64,000 nt of DNA from Cycas panzhihuaensis (GCA_023213395.1 CM041465.1:129587741-129651740), one strand, 5' to 3'. Shown: positions 38,063 through 51,900, counted from the stretch's first letter. The notes: a model not told the origin generated them from the letters alone. Translations and numbers: made by a program.

Positions 38063-41000
38063 GTGAAGAGGCCACCACTTGCTAACTCGATTAGAGGAAG
38101 AAAATCAAGTAAGGAAGGGGAAAAGCAAACAGAGGCGGAGACACCAGAAGAGTCTATCAATGAAAAGATAATTGAAGTGGAAGGTAGCCAAGCATTGGAA
38201 GAGGATCCTATTGGAATAAAAGCTCAGAAGAGGGAAAGTGATAAAGAATTTGTTGAAGATTTACTAATACAAGAAAGTAAAAACAGTTTGATTGAATTAG
38301 AACTGTATAGTACAACAAATAGAGAGTGGAACCATCATTGGGTGAAAGTTAGAACTCATTTAAGTCATATTTTGAATCCCTTGTTTAAAACTATAATGGC
38401 AAGCTGAGGAGGAAGAGTAGGAGGTGGAAGCACACCGCCAAGAGGGAATTCAGGAGGTGGAGGCTCATCATTAAATCAATCGTTGTTTACCAATGTAGGA
38501 GGAAGCAGTAATCCACCGCTCTAGGGAATGTGCCAAGGAGGTGGACCAGGACCGGTGAGACCCTACATAATTGTACAAAATGATTTTGCCTTTTCGACCA
38601 TACAATTTGATGGATCAACAAAATGAGGAGATTATTTAGCATAATTCAAAAATATGCTAAAAATAAAGAAAGTTACGGATCCACAGGAGATAAAAGCCCG
38701 GTTCTTCTCCACTTTATGGGAAGCAGCAGTTGCGTGGTTCCGGTATGTTGCAACATAGAATCTATCCTGGGACAGATTACAAGACCAATTTTTGGATTGA
38801 TGCCAAAAATTGAGGGACCCTATGGCCATTTTTCAGGCCTTAGAAGAAACAAAGCAATGCCCTGGAGAATCTGTAAATGATTTTGATGGGCAAATGAGAA
38901 TAATAATGAGTAAAATACAGCCAATAACGGCAATTAGTCTGATGTTGGCGATGAAATATTTTGTCCAAGGCCTAATTCCACAATTGAGAGACAAAGTTAT
39001 GTTGCACTCGATGAATAATTATGAACAAGTACGCGAGTTAACTTTGAAGTTTGAGAACTAAATGAAGACTGCATACTCTCAATGGGCAAATCAACAGACA
39101 GGGCAAATGGGTTCAGTTCTTTCTCAACCATCATCAATAATGCAAACATGGGGAACACATTATCAAATGGGAGCAAATTTGAAGATTGAACCATTGAGAA
39201 AAGAAGTGGAAGCATTAAAACAACAACCGCCAGTGACAATATCGACTAATATGTACCAGAACCAAGAGGTGGAGAATTTACGTTTAGAATTAGCTAGGTT
39301 GCGTCTGGAAAAATCACGAGAAAACATATGGTGTCCGCCACCATGCAATCAACAAGGGCATTTGAGGAACAAACACAATAAAGCGCTAGCACGGTGTGAA
39401 TATTGTAGGAAAACAAACCACAATATGTGGGAATGCTTTTCTCGACCTAAGAATGATGTCCACAATGTATTCCTGCAAAAGCCGAAGAAAATAGGAAGGC
39501 AATATAAAGGAAAGACAAAGCCAGTCTGTTGTTTCCTATGCCAAAGATGGGGCCATTTTAGATTGGACTGTTTGTTAGAAAAAAAGGGCGGTGAATTCAT
39601 TTGTGAGAAATGCGGACCGACGAATCACGAGTGAACAAATTGTCCAAAGAATAAAACGCAAAATGCTAACTTGGCTATGATCGTTCCAGATAAAGAATTG
39701 CCCCTCCAATTGCAAATGCGAAGTGGGAAGACAACTTCCACACCTATCCAAGATACCTTTCTGAATCCAACAGTAGAAAAGCAGAGACTCCAAGAAGCCA
39801 TTAAAATCCTGCAACATGCAATGGGCGAGGTGCAGCAAGAAGAAGCTCATTAGGAAGGACGATTTAAAGGGCTAACATACAAGCGACGAGCAACCTTTGA
39901 AAAACTCCAGCCAAAAGAAGGTATGATTCCATGGTTAAGGCTTCAGATGGTTAAGGATTTATTAATTGAACTAGGAGTCTCAATTCCTTTTGTGGCGGTA
40001 TTCAATTGGTGGGAAGCTGGCTATGTTCAGCAATTGATTTTAGATCAGATAGAAAAACCTGTCATGAGAGCTGTTAAAGAAAAAGGGGTTGATCGAAGGG
40101 CGCCAATGATTATTTTTGGAACGATGCTATGTAAAATAATCATGAATGGAGGATCAATAGTTAACGTGCTCCTGGAGTCTTCTTGGATTGAATTAGGAAG
40201 GCCAGAAATGATAGCCCCAAATTATTCAATTAGATTGGCCAATCAGTTGTAGGTGAGACCAATGCGAACATTAATGAATGTGTCGACCATGGTTGCAAGA
40301 ATCACTGACCTATTGGATTCTGCGGTGGTGCAAATGCAGAATGAAAGGAGAACGTATCTAGCATTACTGGGTAGACCTTGGTTGTTAGCTACAAAAGCTA
40401 TCCAAGACTAGGGGGAATTCACATTTACATTGAAAGCGAGAAATAAAGCTATGACTTTGCCATTATGTTCAGATGGCCCTCAGATTGAGAAGATAGCTGA
40501 TAAAGAAAGGGCATCATCTACAACTGTGGGATCATAACCCACTGTAAGCCCATGTTCGGAAGTTGTTTATCAACTTCAAACAAATATACCAAGTAATGCA
40601 TCACCAACATACATGATGAATTGGTTGCAAAATTCTTGGGGAGAAATTGAATCTGCTCCTTGCTACAAGCTGGAAGCATGTATGGACTCTTCGGAATCAG
40701 ATGACCTAACAAAAAAGGAAGCGACAAAGAGCACAAGAAGCATGGAAGAGTGTTTTAAAAAAGGAAATAAGTTCTAGGGTCAAGCAAATCAACCAAACAA
40801 CCATATAAAATATTGTACTCAATTGTTAACAAGTAATAATGAGCATAAAGATTTTTGTTACTTGTTTTCATTGTCGCTTGAAGGCCAAGCTGCAACATGG
40901 TTTTCGATTTATGGTAGCAAATTTAGATTATTGAATGAACTGTGTAAAAATTTCCTATTAAGATTTCAAAAACAAGACAATGAGTTGCCAGTATTTTGAT

Positions 41001-44000
41001 ATAATGATGACCCTTTGATGCATATAAGGAAATGCGAATAAATTTTGGAAAAGAAGCAAGTTTTGAAAAGTGAATGGGTGCGAAGATGGGCCCAGACTCT
41101 TGAGGAATTTCAGGTTTGTGGTACAACCGGTGTGAGAAAATGAAGCTGATAGAATGGGATTCACTTAGTAAACAGTTCTGTAAAGATTTTTTTCATGAGT
41201 CAGGGATTTAAAAATTAATGAGCACCTCTGAAATTAGAATTAAGTAAAGTTGCAATCAAATTGAAGTAACACAGAAGGATGACGAATTTCCTGGTGAATA
41301 TTCCAATGTGGAATATGGAAATAGAGTAATTGATCAAACACCACCATATATGTTGAATGAAGATGGCAAAACGGTGCAGAGTGAATAATTGAAAATACAA
41401 CAAATAAATTTGGGCACGGAAGAACATCCCCATATGATCTCAATAGGAGTTTATTGGGACAAGGATATTGTTCGACAAGCCATAAGTTTGTTTTCAGAAT
41501 ACAAAGATGTTTTTGCCTGATCTTACTAAGACTTGAAAGGGATACCACTAGAACTGGGAGAGCATCGAATTGAATTAATAGAAGGAACAAAACCGATACA
41601 CTAGCGTCCTTATTAGATGAATCTAAAATATAAGGAAAAAGCGAAGGCAGGATTGGACAAGTTATTAGAAGTCAGATATATTTTTGAGGTCGAGACCAGC
41701 GAATGGGTAAGTCCAGTGGTGGTGGTACCCAAAAAGAATGGGAACCTTCATGTCTGCATGGATTATAGAGCTCTTAACAAAGCAACACCAAGAGACCCAT
41801 TTCCAATACCATTTACAGAGGATATTCTCAAAAAGGTAGCAAGCCATGAAATATACTTGTTCACGGATGGTTTCAGCGGATACAACTAGGTGAAAATTGC
41901 AGAATAGGACCAGCGGAAGACAACTTTTGTCACTGAATGGGGGATATACGGGTACAAGGTTATGCCCTTCGAACTAACAAATGCATCGGTCACCTTTCAG
42001 AGAATAATTCTATTAATAATTTTCGGAAGGCAATTGGTAAGTCAATTGAAGTGTTTTTAGATGATTGGATGCTGTATTCATTGTTAAAAAATCATCTGGT
42101 AAACCTGAGATCAATGCTAGAAATGTGCCAAAAGAGCAAACTTTGCTTAAACCCAACAAAATGTACGTTTTTAGTTTTGTTTGGATCTCTCTTAAGGTAT
42201 ATTGTAAGCAAGGATGGTCTACGAACAGACCTAGGCAAAGTGACAATAATTTTGAAATTCTTAGTACCTAAACCAACGAAGCAGGTAAATGCCTTTTTGG
42301 ATATGATAGGGTATTATCGGAAATTTACTAAAGGATACACACATATTGCAAATCCTTTACAAAAATTGCTCAAGAAAAAAATAGCCTGGGAATGGGATTT
42401 GCGACAGCAATTAGTATTTGAATTGTTAAAGAAGAAAATTGCAGAAGCCCCTATTTTGAGATTTTCGGATTGGGACCAACCATTCCATGTACATGTTGAT
42501 GCTTTATTGATGGCAATAGGATGTGTCTTAACTCAACTTGGTAACAATAATATAGACCTGCCTATTCACTTTGCCAGTAGGAAATTGACCACTGCGGAAC
42601 GGAACTACTTAGTCACAGAGCGGGAAGGCCTAGGCATGGTTTATGCCTTGTAGAAATTCAGCCATTATTTATTAGCTAACCCGTTCATCTTTTATGTAGA
42701 TCATCGGGCCTTGAAATATTTCATGAATAAACCTATTTTGCAAGGTAGAATCAGCAGATGGTTGATGTTGTTTTAGTAGTTCAATTTCAAAATTATAGTA
42801 AAAAAAGCGGACAAACATACGATACAAGATGTGCTTTCAAGAGAAGCAGAAGGAGAACCAGCCATAGGAATACCAGACAATTTTCCAGATACACAATTGT
42901 TCTCCGTGGAAGCCATATCAAAATGGTATGAAGGGATCGTTGAGTACCTGGCCACTGGACAAACATTGAAAGGATTAGAGCGAGTTGAACGACAAAGTTT
43001 TATTCGTAAAACTTTTTTGTTTCAATTGGTACGAGGAATGTTATATAAGTTGGGTTCGGATGGTGTGTTACGACGATGTATAATGGAGCATGAGGTGCAA
43101 GGCATCTTGCGGGAAGCACATGAAGGGATTGCGACCAAGCATCAATGAGTGAGACTCACAGTTAGGAAGATTCTGCTAGTAGGTTTTTGGTGGCTGTCAA
43201 TATTTGAGGACACAACAAAATGGATAAAGAGTTGTGATATCTGCCAAAGAGTAGGTAAGCCGGGCAAGAACCATTTTATGCCTCTGCATCCAATCTTGGC
43301 ACAAGCACCCCTTGAAAAATGGGGGTTGGATTTTATTGGACCGAAAGCACCCCAACAAAACATACAAATGCCAGATACATCTTGGTGGGCGCAGACTTTT
43401 TCACAAAATGGACAGAAGCTCGACCTTTTAGACATTGTGATGCAAGAAGTACTGCAAAATTTTTATATGAAGACATTATTGTCCGTTTTGGTTGCCCATT
43501 AGAATTGGTATTAGATTAGGGTAGTAGTTTTCTAAACAGTACTATAAAATATTTAACAAATGAATTTACGATCCAACATTTTCAATCTTCCTCCCCTATT
43601 ACCCTAGAGCCAATGGTCAACTAGAAAGCACTAACAAAATTCTGAAGATAGCCTTATCTAAAATCTACAATGAAGGGAGAATAGATTGGGTGGAGCGATT
43701 GCATTTTGTTCTTTGGGCAGATAGGACAACGATCAAGCGGCCACATAAACAGACACCTTTTCAGTTGGTGTATGGATTAGAAGCAGTACTTTCATTAGAA
43801 TTTCAAGTGGAAAGCTTTCGAGTTGCCATACAATTGCGGATGAACGAGCAGGACTCATGGAATGTAAGAATCATAGAGCTGTTGAAGTTGCATGAAAAAA
43901 GGGCACGAGCACTGTGGGAATTAAGAACTGAAAACAAACAATGGAAGGCCTGGCACGATCGACATATAAGAACACTGCAATTCCACGAGGGTGATTTGGT

Positions 44001-44232
44001 ATTAATGTATGATAACAAATTTTGTACAAAACTAGGGAAACTGAAGCTACGCTGGTTAGGACCGTATAAAGTAATATGCATTGGTAGGAATGGGGCAGTC
44101 GAACTCGGACAACTCGACGGGAGAATACTGACAAAGACGGTAAATGGTAGTAGGCTAAAACCTTATACCATGAGATTAAAAAAAAAAAAAAAATTTGATG
44201 CAAAACATAGGTTAGTAATTGCATCATCATGA
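38063..44232 (+). pseudogene. Gypsy E gag-pol: capsid, four Zn knuckles, protease, two extra capsid-like modules, RT, RNase H, integrase
   Basis: ORF pieces 38063, 38810, 39062, 39671 and 39923 share one frame. Motifs: EWVSPVVVVPKK, FLDDWM, HVHVDA, CDICQR, KWGLDFIGP, LKLRWLGPY. No chromodomain. Confidence 0.92.
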
Positions 44233-44233
44233 G

Positions 44234-44340
44234 AAGGCGATAGTGCGAAGATGATTAAAAGGCAATCCCAAGAAAATAATTAAAAGGCGATCATGGGAAG
44301 ATAATTAAAGGGCGATTGTGATTAAAAGGCGTAATTACCG
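44234..44340 (+). repeat. About four 25-bp repeats (GAAGATAATTAAAAGGCGATC core) between pol and the extra ORF
   Basis: GAAGATGATTAAAAGGCAATC, GAAAATAATTAAAAGGCGATC, GAAGATAATTAAAGGGCGATT, GATTAAAAGGCG. Confidence 0.8.
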
Positions 44341-44575
44341 TCATCATTAATAGACGACATTGTGGCGGAGTAATTAAGGTTGCACAAATTTAGAAAGGCG
44401 ACCGCTATTAAGGTGGACGTGATCGCAATCTACAATGATTGCCTTTCCATGATTGCGACAAGACGGAAAGGGGATAGGCACATTTAATGGACAAGCTGTG
44501 AATTAGTTATACCAAGACCAAGAACCAAGGGTGTAGGAACCTGCGCAAGGAAGGAAGAACGGAAGGAAGCAAACA

Positions 44576-46290
44576 ATGGCAACGGATGATGGTCACTTTC
44601 TGAGAATCAGATGATGAGCAAATTCAAAGACAATGGCGAGAGATAAAACTGGAAGATGAATGCAAGAGGAAGATGATTGCTGCAAGATTTGACTGGTATG
44701 TACTGGTCAAAGTCCTTCCTAATGTATACAACTTTTTGTCAATAGCAATGGCGTTGGTGATGCGGCAACCATCCTTGTTAGATTGTTCAACAGAAGCAAC
44801 TGCAAAAATAATAGGGTTACCAAATGAGGGACCAGGCATTCCCAAGGATAAACAGATATCCAGGGAACAAGCCGCACAAGAAATCAGAGCCAAAGAATCA
44901 GACGTATCCACTTTAGGAATTCGAATTTTGGGCATCTCATCCAAAGAAATGCATTGGATAACTCACTTTGTATTTACAAGAGTTATCCTTGGCCAAAAGA
45001 ATTCATTTGTGCCTACTCATTTACGAACAATGTTGATTAGAGTTACAGAGGGCCAAAAATTTAATTGGGCCAAATTTGTAGTTGCCAAATTCTCAAGAAA
45101 TTTGGAGGCAGTAAAAGGTGCTACTCAATTTGTTTTATTTTTCTATCCTACCTTGTTTCAAGGGTTGCTATTTTCACAATGTCCAAGAATTCAGTTACCA
45201 GTGGTTGTAGAAGGACAACCTCTTCTGGCCAAATGGACAAAGTTATACTCAAGGGATCGAGGACGAGGTCCTTCACAATTAGCAGAGTTATAGAAACAAG
45301 TTAGTGGTTGGCTTCATTTATAGTAGCAGGCTAGGACTCCCCAGTCGTCTCCAAAAGTAGAAGAAGAAGTGGAGGAAAAATCATGGATAGAGGAAATGTC
45401 GCGGAACCTAGTAGGAGGGCAAGACCAGAGGCAAAGAAAAAAGAAGAATTTGAAGATAGAAATAAGAGAAGGGAAGCAAAAACTAGGAGAGGAACCTGCC
45501 ATAGGGAAAGAGGAACCATAACAAGGATAGAAAAATCTAAAGAATGGTTGAGCCTTTGAAGTATGAAGAAGAGGAAAAACAGAAAAGGAGGAGGCTGGTA
45601 GCTGAAAAGAGGCGACAAGAAATTTTAGAGGCATTGAACAATCAAGCACTGGAAGTAGAGTTCAATCAATCAGAGGAATACTTAGGGGAGGGTCTTGATC
45701 CGTTGAATTGTGACCTGCAGGATGTCTCCCAATGGAAGACTTCCGTTTTGGTCAGAGTGACAAGGCAGCTCGTAATAGAGTTGGAACAAAGGTATAGAAG
45801 ACCATCGCCAAATATGCAGAGAATTCAGAACTTGGAAGACAAATTGGTAGCAACAGAGGCTTAGCTGGAATTTTTAAAGGAATTTATTCTGCTTTGGGTC
45901 AAAGATACTGATGGGATTCCAACGAAAGTGCAAGCATTTAAAAGTTGCTTCCAACAAGAAATTCCTCCAGGGTTACACGGTGTAATTCTTAAATTAGGCG
46001 CTTGGATATTGGAAATTGAGGAGGCAGAACATGCAAATAAATTTTGGTCAAAAAGTTATCACCTACAACAGGACTTGTTGAGAATGGAGAAGTTATACGA
46101 TGAAGCAAAGGAGGAAATTTTGAAGCTGCACAAAGGGGAAAACCGACATTGGCACAATTGGATGCGTTAAGAGATGCCGCGATCCTTGTGGACCATTATC
46201 GGTCATAGGGAATTCAAATTCCGTCGACTGCTGCACGACCAGATGCGAATTATATCCGTTAAACAATGAACCGGTTGCGCAAAGAATTGA
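44576..46290 (+). pseudogene. Extra 3' ORF of Gypsy E (about 570 codons): PMD/Athila-ORF2-like N-domain plus charged coiled-coil region
   Basis: ORF pieces 44673, 45544 and 45928 link through point stops and frameshifts. Motifs AKIIGLPNEG and KFNWAKFV. Family assignment is by motif resemblance only. Confidence 0.6.
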
Positions 46291-46463
46291 AGGAAATATG
46301 AACAATTAAATAATTGTTATTTTTTTGAGGTGGGGGGGGGGGGAGAGGAATAGGAAACATTTTATGAACAAGTAAGGATACTTGTTGATTTTGTGACGAG
46401 GGAGATGTCTGTGGACAGAAATGATACAATTTCGTAAAGGATTTTGATTTTTGGAATACGATC

Positions 46464-46822
46464 ATATCATGGTTAGTGGTTGGGATTGCAAGCAGATTGC
46501 AGTTTGGGTTGGGATTGCGAGCAGATCGTGGTTTGGGTTGGGAACGCGAGCAGATCATGGTTCGGGTCGAAATTGCGAGCAAATTGCAATTCGAGCTGGG
46601 ATCATGAGCAAGTTGTGGTTTGGGTTGAGATTGCAAGCAGATTGCAGTTAGGGCTGGGACTGCGAGTAGATCGTGGTTCGGGACAGAATTGCGAGTAGAC
46701 CGTGTTTCGGGCTAGGATTGCAAGCAGATCATGGATGGGACCGAGATTGCGAGTAGATCGTGGTTTGAGCCGGGACTGCAAGTAAATCGTAGTTTGGGTT
46801 AAGGTTGTGAGTAGATTGCAAC
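46464..46822 (+). repeat. 29-bp tandem array in 3' LTR of E (about 12 units)
   Basis: Same consensus as 37038-37457, about two units shorter. Confidence 0.9.
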
Positions 46823-48941
46823 CAACCGCAAGTACGAGCTGATCGTAGAATACAATTATGAACAAATTGTAATTTAAGGTTACGATATGTTAATAATCCC
46901 TTTTGAACACATCGGTGGACTATGTTAGTTGTAACTTATAACGGTTGAGACCATTGGAAATTATGAGTATACAAGGGCAAAAGGGAAGGGATGATGTAAT
47001 AGTAGGTAGATAGAGAAGTATAGGTTTATAATTATAAATCTTTGGTGTAAGCTTGATTAAACCGTGGACTTTCGGTGTATTACTAGGTCTGTGCCTGGTT
47101 GTGAGAGGACCAGACATAGTTCCCTATCTTAATGGTATTATGTTTTGCATCATATTGGTGTCCTTTGTGCTTGCCTAATTCATTGAAGAGTGTCTTGGCG
47201 AACAAATAGGTGCACGGCACACATAAAGTCCCAAGTCATTAGGATTTCGTCTGAACTAGATAGCCTCACATTCTCTCCAGTTGCATCCTTGTATTCTACT
47301 TTAATCGATGAGAGAGTAACATTGAGTTACTTCTTGTTGTTTCAAAACATTGCAACTGAATCAAGACTAAAACAATGTCTAGAAGTGGACCTTCTACTCT
47401 CAATGCATCCAACCTTATTTGAATTAGAAAACTTGTCTAACCTAAAGTTGTTGTAAATGGATTCAAATCTATAATGTAAAGTTCATTGCAAATATCTCAA
47501 AATTTGTTTTGCAACCTTCTTGTGGCTTTGCGTGGGTTCTTTCATGAGCTTAGTTACCATGCCAACTAAATAAACAATGATAGGTTTAGTTTAGTGGGAT
47601 AAATCAAACTACCAACAAATTGCCTATACAGAGTCTCACCCTCCTATTTCCATTGGGGTTAGTGTAGGCTTATAGTTTTATAGAGTCTCATCCTCCTATA
47701 ACTTTGTCCTTATTTCCATTGGGGTCAGTGTAGGCTTATAGTCTTCCGTATTGGATCTCTTCAAAACTTCCCTTGTGTACTTAGCTTTGGAGATGAATAT
47801 TTTTTCGGTTCTTTGCCAAACTTTTACTCCAAGGCAGTAATGGAGTAGTTCAAGATCTAACATCTCAAAGTTGCACTTCAAATCCTTCATCAACTTTTCT
47901 ATCATTGAGGTATCTTTCCTAGTGATGATTAAGCCATCGACATACATAATCACCAAGGTCACAAACCAACCACTTCTACCCTTTATGTACAGGTTCAAAT
48001 CTGTTGAAGATTTTTCAAACCCATTCTTCTGAAAATATTCATCAATTTTAGAATACCAGGCTATGGGAGCGCATTTCAATCCATATAATGCATTTTAGAA
48101 CAATGTGTTGATGTTCTTGGCCCTTGCTACATATTGAGGTGGTTGCTCGATGTACGCTTTTTTTGTTAAGTTCCCATTGAGGAAGGAACTCTTGACATCA
48201 AGCTGGTGTAGCTACCATTTAAATTGTGCAATTAATGCTAGTATAATCCTAATTGTTTTTTGATAGTAATCTTATTCCTGCCATTTGAAACCTCTAGCCA
48301 CTAACCTAGCCTTATGTTTGTCGATTGAGTCATTTAATATGAATTTTGTCTTAAAGACGCATCTACAACCAATTGCTTGTTTTTCATTTGGAAATTTCAC
48401 CAAATTCCAAGTGTTGTTTTTGTTTTGCCTAAATTTCTTCATCCATGACATTCTTCCACTTTTGTTCTTGACTTGCCTTTTCAAAAGTGGAAGGCTCTTT
48501 TGTACTAAGCACTTGTGTCATAAGAGCATAATAGACCAATTATGCATCATCAACTATTTATAGATACCACTTGGGCAATTTCTTTTGTGTGGGGATAACT
48601 TCAAGCTAAGTATCATCAACTTCTTTATCATCATCTAGTTCAAACTTTATTACTTGCCTTGAAGATTTTGCCAAATTTTTTATTTCTTTGCCTTTGTATT
48701 GCCTGAGCTGTAATGCCCCGAAGTCAATTTCTTTGTCACCTTCTTCAAAGATGACATCTTGATTTGTATGCACCTTTTTGGATTTCAACTCATATATAGG
48801 ATAAGCTTTGCTTACCTCATTGTATCTAATGTAGATTCGCTTGGAACTTTTGTCATTAAATTTCTAATGCCTTTGCTTTGGAATGTGCATGCAGGTAGTG
48901 CAACCAAAGATTATAAGATGGTTCATTGTGGGCTTTCTTCC

Positions 48942-51900
48942 TGTTAAGGGGTAATGTTTTATCATGATGTAATTAACACACATAATCATGATATGTGTCA
49001 TAATATCTGAGGTTGGTTATACACCAAGATATAACTGTTACCAACCACATCATGTACTTAAGGAAATCATTCTCTCAATAAAGTTGGTTGAGTTTTCTCA
49101 TCAACCTTCCTGTCTCCTAAATTCAAATCAACATGGTATCAGAGCAGGCTCTGCCTTAACTGCTCGTTTAAAAGGAGTCCTGATTCTTGAAGACTAATCA
49201 AGGGTATCAAGAAGGGAGACAGGTTTGGAAGGCTCTCCAGTATTGAAGAGGAGCATTAAATCGCTGAGTACGAAACCGTATGAACGTCACTTTTCCAAAG
49301 TTTTTGGATCACAACAAAATTTGGGGGGAAGATGGATTGGAGGACACCGATTATTTCTTCCTTCTATGTCGAAGGCATTTGAAGCCATTTTAGGGGTCAA
49401 ACAGGCCACGCACCAGTCTGGACGTTACTTTTCCAAAGTTGTCGGATCACAACGAAATTTGGTGGGAAGATAGATTGGAGGACGCACGCCATTTCTTCCT
49501 TCTATGTCGAAAGCATTTGAAGTCGTTTCGGGAGTCAAACAGGCCACACACCAGTCCGCGTGGGATTGAGGAGGAAAGGGTTCGAATCTCTTCAAAATCC
49601 AAACTAAACCGGGTAATAACAGTCCGAAAATCTTTGAATAATCATTGTTGATCGATTCGAACCATTGGCGTGTGATTTTATTAAGTATTTTGTCTGACTT
49701 TTGCTAAATCGAATCAAAGCCCTAGTCGCCTGTTTTTGCTTTTGAGGCAGTTTTCTGACAGAAGAAAAATGATCTTGAAAATCTGACTTCGGATTTAGAT
49801 AGGCGTCGAAGGAACCTCTTTTTTGAGGTACACCTTGCTCCGATCTGTACACTTAAGGTTTTGTATGGAAATTCGTACATTTGTGCGGTCAGTCCAGTTT
49901 GATTCTCTTTCATCTTGCTAATAATGGCTGCTCCATTGTTTGGCCTATCAGAACAAGACGAACTTACCGAAAGTAACTATCATATCTGGAAGATAAAGAT
50001 TGAAACCCTGCTTAGGGCGCGTAATGCTTGGAATATTGCCCTTGGTGTTGAAACTAAGCCTGATGATACCAATGGTGCTTTGCTTGGTTGGTTGGAGAGG
50101 GACAATGTAGGTGTCATTATTCTCAAATTGTTAGTATTTGACTCTCTGTTGGTTTATGTGGAAAAATTGACCTCTACTCCAAGTATCTAGAAATGCTTTG
50201 AAAACTTGTTTGGTTAGAAAAACAAAGCCCGAATATTCACCTTGAAAGAAGAACTATACAAGTTGCACATGAGAGAACATGAAATAGTGACTGAATTCAT
50301 ACATAAAGTCGCTTCATTCAGAAATGGACTGTTGAGTGCTGGAGAAATTTTGTCTGAATCCGAACTTGTCCAAATGGTAGCTAGTAAATTATCAAAAAGT
50401 TTTGTTGTAACAATCAACACCATTACAAATAATAATCAGATTGATATAATGACCCTTGATGAGTTGACTGGAATTCTGCTTAGATAGGAATAAAGGAACA
50501 TGCGATGTGAAGATTTAGTAGAGCTTGAAGATGCATTTGCGTCAGAATAAATTTAGGGCCAAGAGGACGAAGTCAAACACGTGGAAGGGGATAGACTCCA
50601 GATTCCAGGAGTGTTGCTCGTGGTCGATATTTGGACAATAGAGGACGTGGACGAGGTCGTGATTCCAAGATATGTTTTAAATGTGGTAGATCCAGACACT
50701 TCGCCAGTACCTGCAAAGCATTCGATGTGTGTTATCATTGTGGATAGACATGACATTATCCCTATGAATGCCCTCAAAGAAGAACTGATATTCAAAGAGG
50801 GAAAAGGCCGGTGGGCAACTATAGCAAAGAACAAACTGAAGAAGATGAAGACGAGATAGCATTTGTAGTTGCCTTGTCAGCAGGATTTAAGGAGACCGAT
50901 ACCTGGTTTATTGACTCCAAAGCTTCACGACACGTGACAAATTGACAGAATTGGTTTGAAAGCTTGAAACCTTGTGATATTGATAAATTAGTAGAATTAG
51001 GTGATAAATATCCACTAGAAGTTAAGGGAGTGGGTACCATTTCTATTTATGTAGAGGGTAGTATAAGAAAAATTGAAAATGTTTTGTTGGTCCCAGACCT
51101 CAAAATGAATCTCTTGTTTGTCTCACAACTTAGTAAAAAGGGGCTAAGAATTGTGTTTGATGAAGATGGTCTCTGCCTGATACTGGACATGAGAAATAAT
51201 AGGGAAACAATTGCCAAAGGCATTAGAAGCAATGATCTGTACAAACTGGTCTCAAATCCTGTAGTACCTAGTCAAAATTCAAAAACTTGTACTGCTGTGA
51301 ACCTTGATAATAAAATGTGGCATTTGAAGTACGGGCATCTTCCAGTAGAGACCTTAAAGAAAATGGAAAAATATGATATGGTGTATGGATTGCCTAATAT
51401 TTCTTTAGAAAATTTTGTATGCAGAGGATGTCAATTTGGAAAAAATCATAGATTACCTTTCAAAGAAAGTAAGTGGAGATCACAAAATAAACTGGAGTTG
51501 GTTCATACAGATCTCTGTGGACCTCTTACACCACTTTCAATAAATGGTTGTAGGTATTTCCTAACATTTATTGATGATTTCACCAGAAAAGTCTGGGTAT
51601 ATTTTCTTCACAATAAAAAAGAGGTCTTTGAAATCTTTAAAGAATTCAAAGCAGAAGTTGAACTTGAGTAAGATTCTAAAATTAAATGTATAAGATCAGA
51701 TGGAAGAGGAGAATATATCTCTAATGAGTTCTTGACATATTGCAAAAGGAATGGAATTCAGAGACAGGTCACCACACCCTACACTCCACAATTGAATGGA
51801 GTCGCTGAAAGGAAAAATAGAACCCTGATGGAAATGGCTTGCAGCATGGTATATGAAACACAGGTTCCAAAGTCGTATTGGGCAGAAGCCGTGAATACAA

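Larger units (their letters stand above)
36980..47223 (+). mobile_element. Full-length non-chromoviral Ty3/Gypsy element E (LTRs 36980-37867 and 46406-47223)
   Basis: Aligned LTR pair TGT...ACA, TSD TGAAG/TAAAG, PBS TGGTTCCGTTGCC, PPT GACGAGGGAGA, gag-pol plus an extra 3' ORF. Confidence 0.95.

Noticed and set aside
44673-45293. True retroviral envelope gene
   Set aside because: No clear signal peptide, furin site or C-terminal transmembrane anchor; kept as a generic extra ORF.
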